Positions 61,596 through 64,000 of a stretch of 64,000 nt of DNA are shown here, piece by piece. The position numbers and the translations under genes are program-made. Position 1 is the first letter of the stretch. Each line of letters opens with the position of its first letter. The notes beneath the pieces were generated by a model. It ran no database searches and was not told the DNA's origin. It saw nothing but the letters and a program-made list of their open reading frames with translations. The stretch spans positions 2,852,001-2,916,000 of the forward strand of contig OZ374557.1 of the NCBI GenBank assembly GCA_977862235.1, read 5' to 3'. The DNA is from Dudresnaya verticillata (lineage: Eukaryota).

Positions 61596-63823
61596 TGTGA
61601 CGCTGGAGCACTGCTCGCCACAGTATGCTGCCGGCACACAAGCGCCCGCTAATGCGTCATTAGTCACTTCCATCCGTCAAGGCTTGCAGTAATTCGAGAG
61701 CCTGCGGGCCCCGCTGCTCGGCGCGCCGCTGGAGGGCAATGCTCTCGCCGCCGCCCACAGCCGCCGGGTCCAATCTGTAGAGTAGCAGATAAAGGCGCAC
61801 GGTGTGGGTCACCGCGGAGTGAAGCGGTAACCAACAGGTACCCCCCGTTGCAGCGCCGTCCACCTTCGCCGAGCCTTCCCTTTAGTTCCCTTGCGCTCTA
61901 TCGTCCTTATAGCGCCTCCCCTGCAACTAAGCGCGCACCTCCGCACGCGCGTTGTAAGCAAAGTCCCCGAGTCGTCACAGTAATTACGATGTAATTTTTA
62001 TGAGGATATTGAGTTGCAGTTGAAGATACTCGTCGTATCTCACTGTGGGACTATAGGACACCGCGGCAGAGCTGCCACAAAGCGTGTGCTAGCAGAGTCG
62101 TTTTGGTGGTCGAACATGGAAAAGGATGTTGAGACTCTAGTGCGCGGGTACCTTCACTGTATAGTGACCCGGAGAGGCGAGGTGGTACCACGTCCGCTCG
62201 GCACCGCACTACATGGCTCCAAGCCTAATGAGGTACTTCACCTCGATTTCCTGTTCATGGGGTCTGGCAGGGGACGTATGAAATACATACTAATCCTGCG
62301 TGACGATTTGTCGTCATACGTTTGGTTGTGGGCTACGGAAGCCTGCACCAGCGAAGCTGCCGCTGAGGCGCTCGCAAATTGGCTCGGTGCATTTGGAAGC
62401 ATGGTATGGCTCGTAACGGACCAAGGGTCTCATTTCAAGAACGAGCTCATCGCTGACTTGACGAATGAGATAAGGGTACACCATCATTTCACGACGGCAT
62501 ACTCGCCTTGGGCAAATGGGTCCGTCGAGAGGGTCTGTCAGGAGGTCCTGAGAGCGTGCAAAGCCCTGCTGAGCGAATGGGGACTTGGGCCGCAAGACTG
62601 GCCGGCTGTGACAGAATGTGTGCAGAGCGTACTGAACCACTCACCTTTAAAGCGTTTAGGATTGCGGGACAAGAAAGTGAATGACGTTTACAGAACACCG
62701 CTAGAAGTTTTCACCGGGCACTTGCCGGTACGTCCGCTGCTCCGCGCGTTACCAGTTGACAAGTTTAAGAATGCTCATAACCTGGATGAGGTGCGCGCAC
62801 TCCAACTTATTGATGTGGAAAGAACTCAAGATGCCATTTCCCAAATGCACACAGACGTTGTAGGGCTGGTCACGGCCTCAAGGAAGAGGAAAATAGACAA
62901 GCACAACCGCAAGACGAATATTTCTGCTGCCAGCTTTAACGTTGGGGACTTTGTTCTTGCTCGTCGTGCGAGAAGAGGAAATCATAAGCTACAATTCTCT
63001 TGGTGTGGGCCCAGACGCGTTACTGAAGTCAAGTCGGACTGGGTATACAAGGTCGAAGACCTAGTGAACAACAAACGCGAAATTGTTCACGCCCGACGGC
63101 TCCATATGTACCGTGCAGATATGGATGGAAAGCCCGTTTCAGAAAAACTGCTGCAGGCAGCCAAGCGGTCTGAAACATGCTTCGAAACTGCAAAAGCATT
63201 GCGAGCTATTCGAGACCATGAAGGTGGTCTGATGGTGCAGATTGAGTGGGAAGGACTTCCTGACGCAGCTGACTATACTTGGGAACCGCTGAACCAACTG
63301 TTTGAGGACTTGCCTGGACTACTGGAGGATTTTCTCCAAACAGCCGGTGATCGACCGCTAACGCGCAGAGCCCTCAAGCAACTCTCTCTATCAAGTTAAT
63401 GCTTTACCACTTCCGGTGGTGCGGCAAACCATGGGGCCCTGTGACGCTGGAGCACTGCTCGCCACAGTATGCTGCCGGCACACAAGCGCCCGCTAATGCG
63501 TCATTAGTCACTTCCATTCATCAAGGCTTGCAGTAATTCGAGAGCCTGCGGGCCCCGCTGCTCGGCGCGCCGCTGGAGGGCAATGCTCTCGCCGCCGCCC
63601 ACAGCCGCCGGGTCCAATCTGTAGAGTAGCAGATAAAGGCGCACGGTGTGGGTCACCGCGGAGTGAAGCGGTAACGAACAGGTACCCCCCGTTGCAGTGC
63701 CGTCCACCTTCGCCGAGCCTTCCCTTTAATTCCCTTGCGCTCTATCGTCCTTATAGCGCCTCCCATGCAACTAAGCGCGCACCTCCGCACGCGCGTTGTA
63801 AGAAAAGTCCCCGAGTCGTCACA
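61596..63823 (+). mobile_element. Integrase-only LTR retroelement derivative
   Basis: 384-bp LTRs TGTGACG...CGTCACA at 61596-61979 and 63440-63823 (about 7 differences counted). TSD GAGAG. 1460-bp interior. Confidence 0.93.
62014..63399 (+). CDS. Gypsy integrase plus chromodomain (5' truncated pol)
   Basis: H..GHRG..YLHC, LHLDFL, VTDQGSHF, NGSVER, WCGP, VQIEWEGL..TWEP. Confidence 0.9.
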   Translation: MQLKILVVSHCGTIGHRGRAATKRVLAESFWWSNMEKDVETLVRGYLHCIVTRRGEVVPRPLGTALHGSKPNEVLHLDFLFMGSGRGRMKYILILRDDLSSYVWLWATEACTSEAAAEALANWLGAFGSMVWLVTDQGSHFKNELIADLTNEIRVHHHFTTAYSPWANGSVERVCQEVLRACKALLSEWGLGPQDWPAVTECVQSVLNHSPLKRLGLRDKKVNDVYRTPLEVFTGHLPVRPLLRALPVDKFKNAHNLDEVRALQLIDVERTQDAISQMHTDVVGLVTASRKRKIDKHNRKTNISAASFNVGDFVLARRARRGNHKLQFSWCGPRRVTEVKSDWVYKVEDLVNNKREIVHARRLHMYRADMDGKPVSEKLLQAAKRSETCFETAKALRAIRDHEGGLMVQIEWEGLPDAADYTWEPLNQLFEDLPGLLEDFLQTAGDRPLTRRALKQLSLSS

Positions 63824-64000
63824 GAGAGAGAGTTTGTGTTTACTGGGATCTTGGGTATGGAAGGCAGAAAGCGCTTGTGGGTCGGGATGTGGTATGATAA
63901 ATCGCAGTATCGTTATCTGCGGGTTCAATAGTCGAACTCACTCGAGAGCTGGGGCCGGCCATCATGTACACGGTGAACGACATGCAGCGCGACAAGCAGC

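Overview
Eukaryotic, intron-poor, transposon-saturated 64 kb region. A red-algal-like origin is inferred from the TE and gene style only. The one intact host-type gene is an RWP-RK transcription factor (58576-59559). The rest is nested, mostly decayed mobile DNA: three Ty3/Gypsy elements (A 1149-15777 minus; C ~17030-36790 minus; E ~44830-55051 plus; chromodomain seen in A and E), several solo LTRs with TSDs, an integrase-only LTR derivative (61596-63823), and MULE, piggyBac and DIRS-like remnants. The standout is a 14.3 kb DNA transposon (21278-35618, ~245 bp TIRs) inserted in the gag of element C. It carries a DUF7869/Sola-like transposase, a prokaryote-style ParB-like plus beta-class DPPY DNA methyltransferase fusion, a captured MTHFR fragment, and, at its midpoint, eight AGGT-N23-ACCT dyad units with unique spacers. 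Second highlight: Gypsy elements A and E each carry a large antisense ORF between pol and the 3' LTR, and the two ORFs are homologous. All homology calls are by motif recognition; no searches were run.
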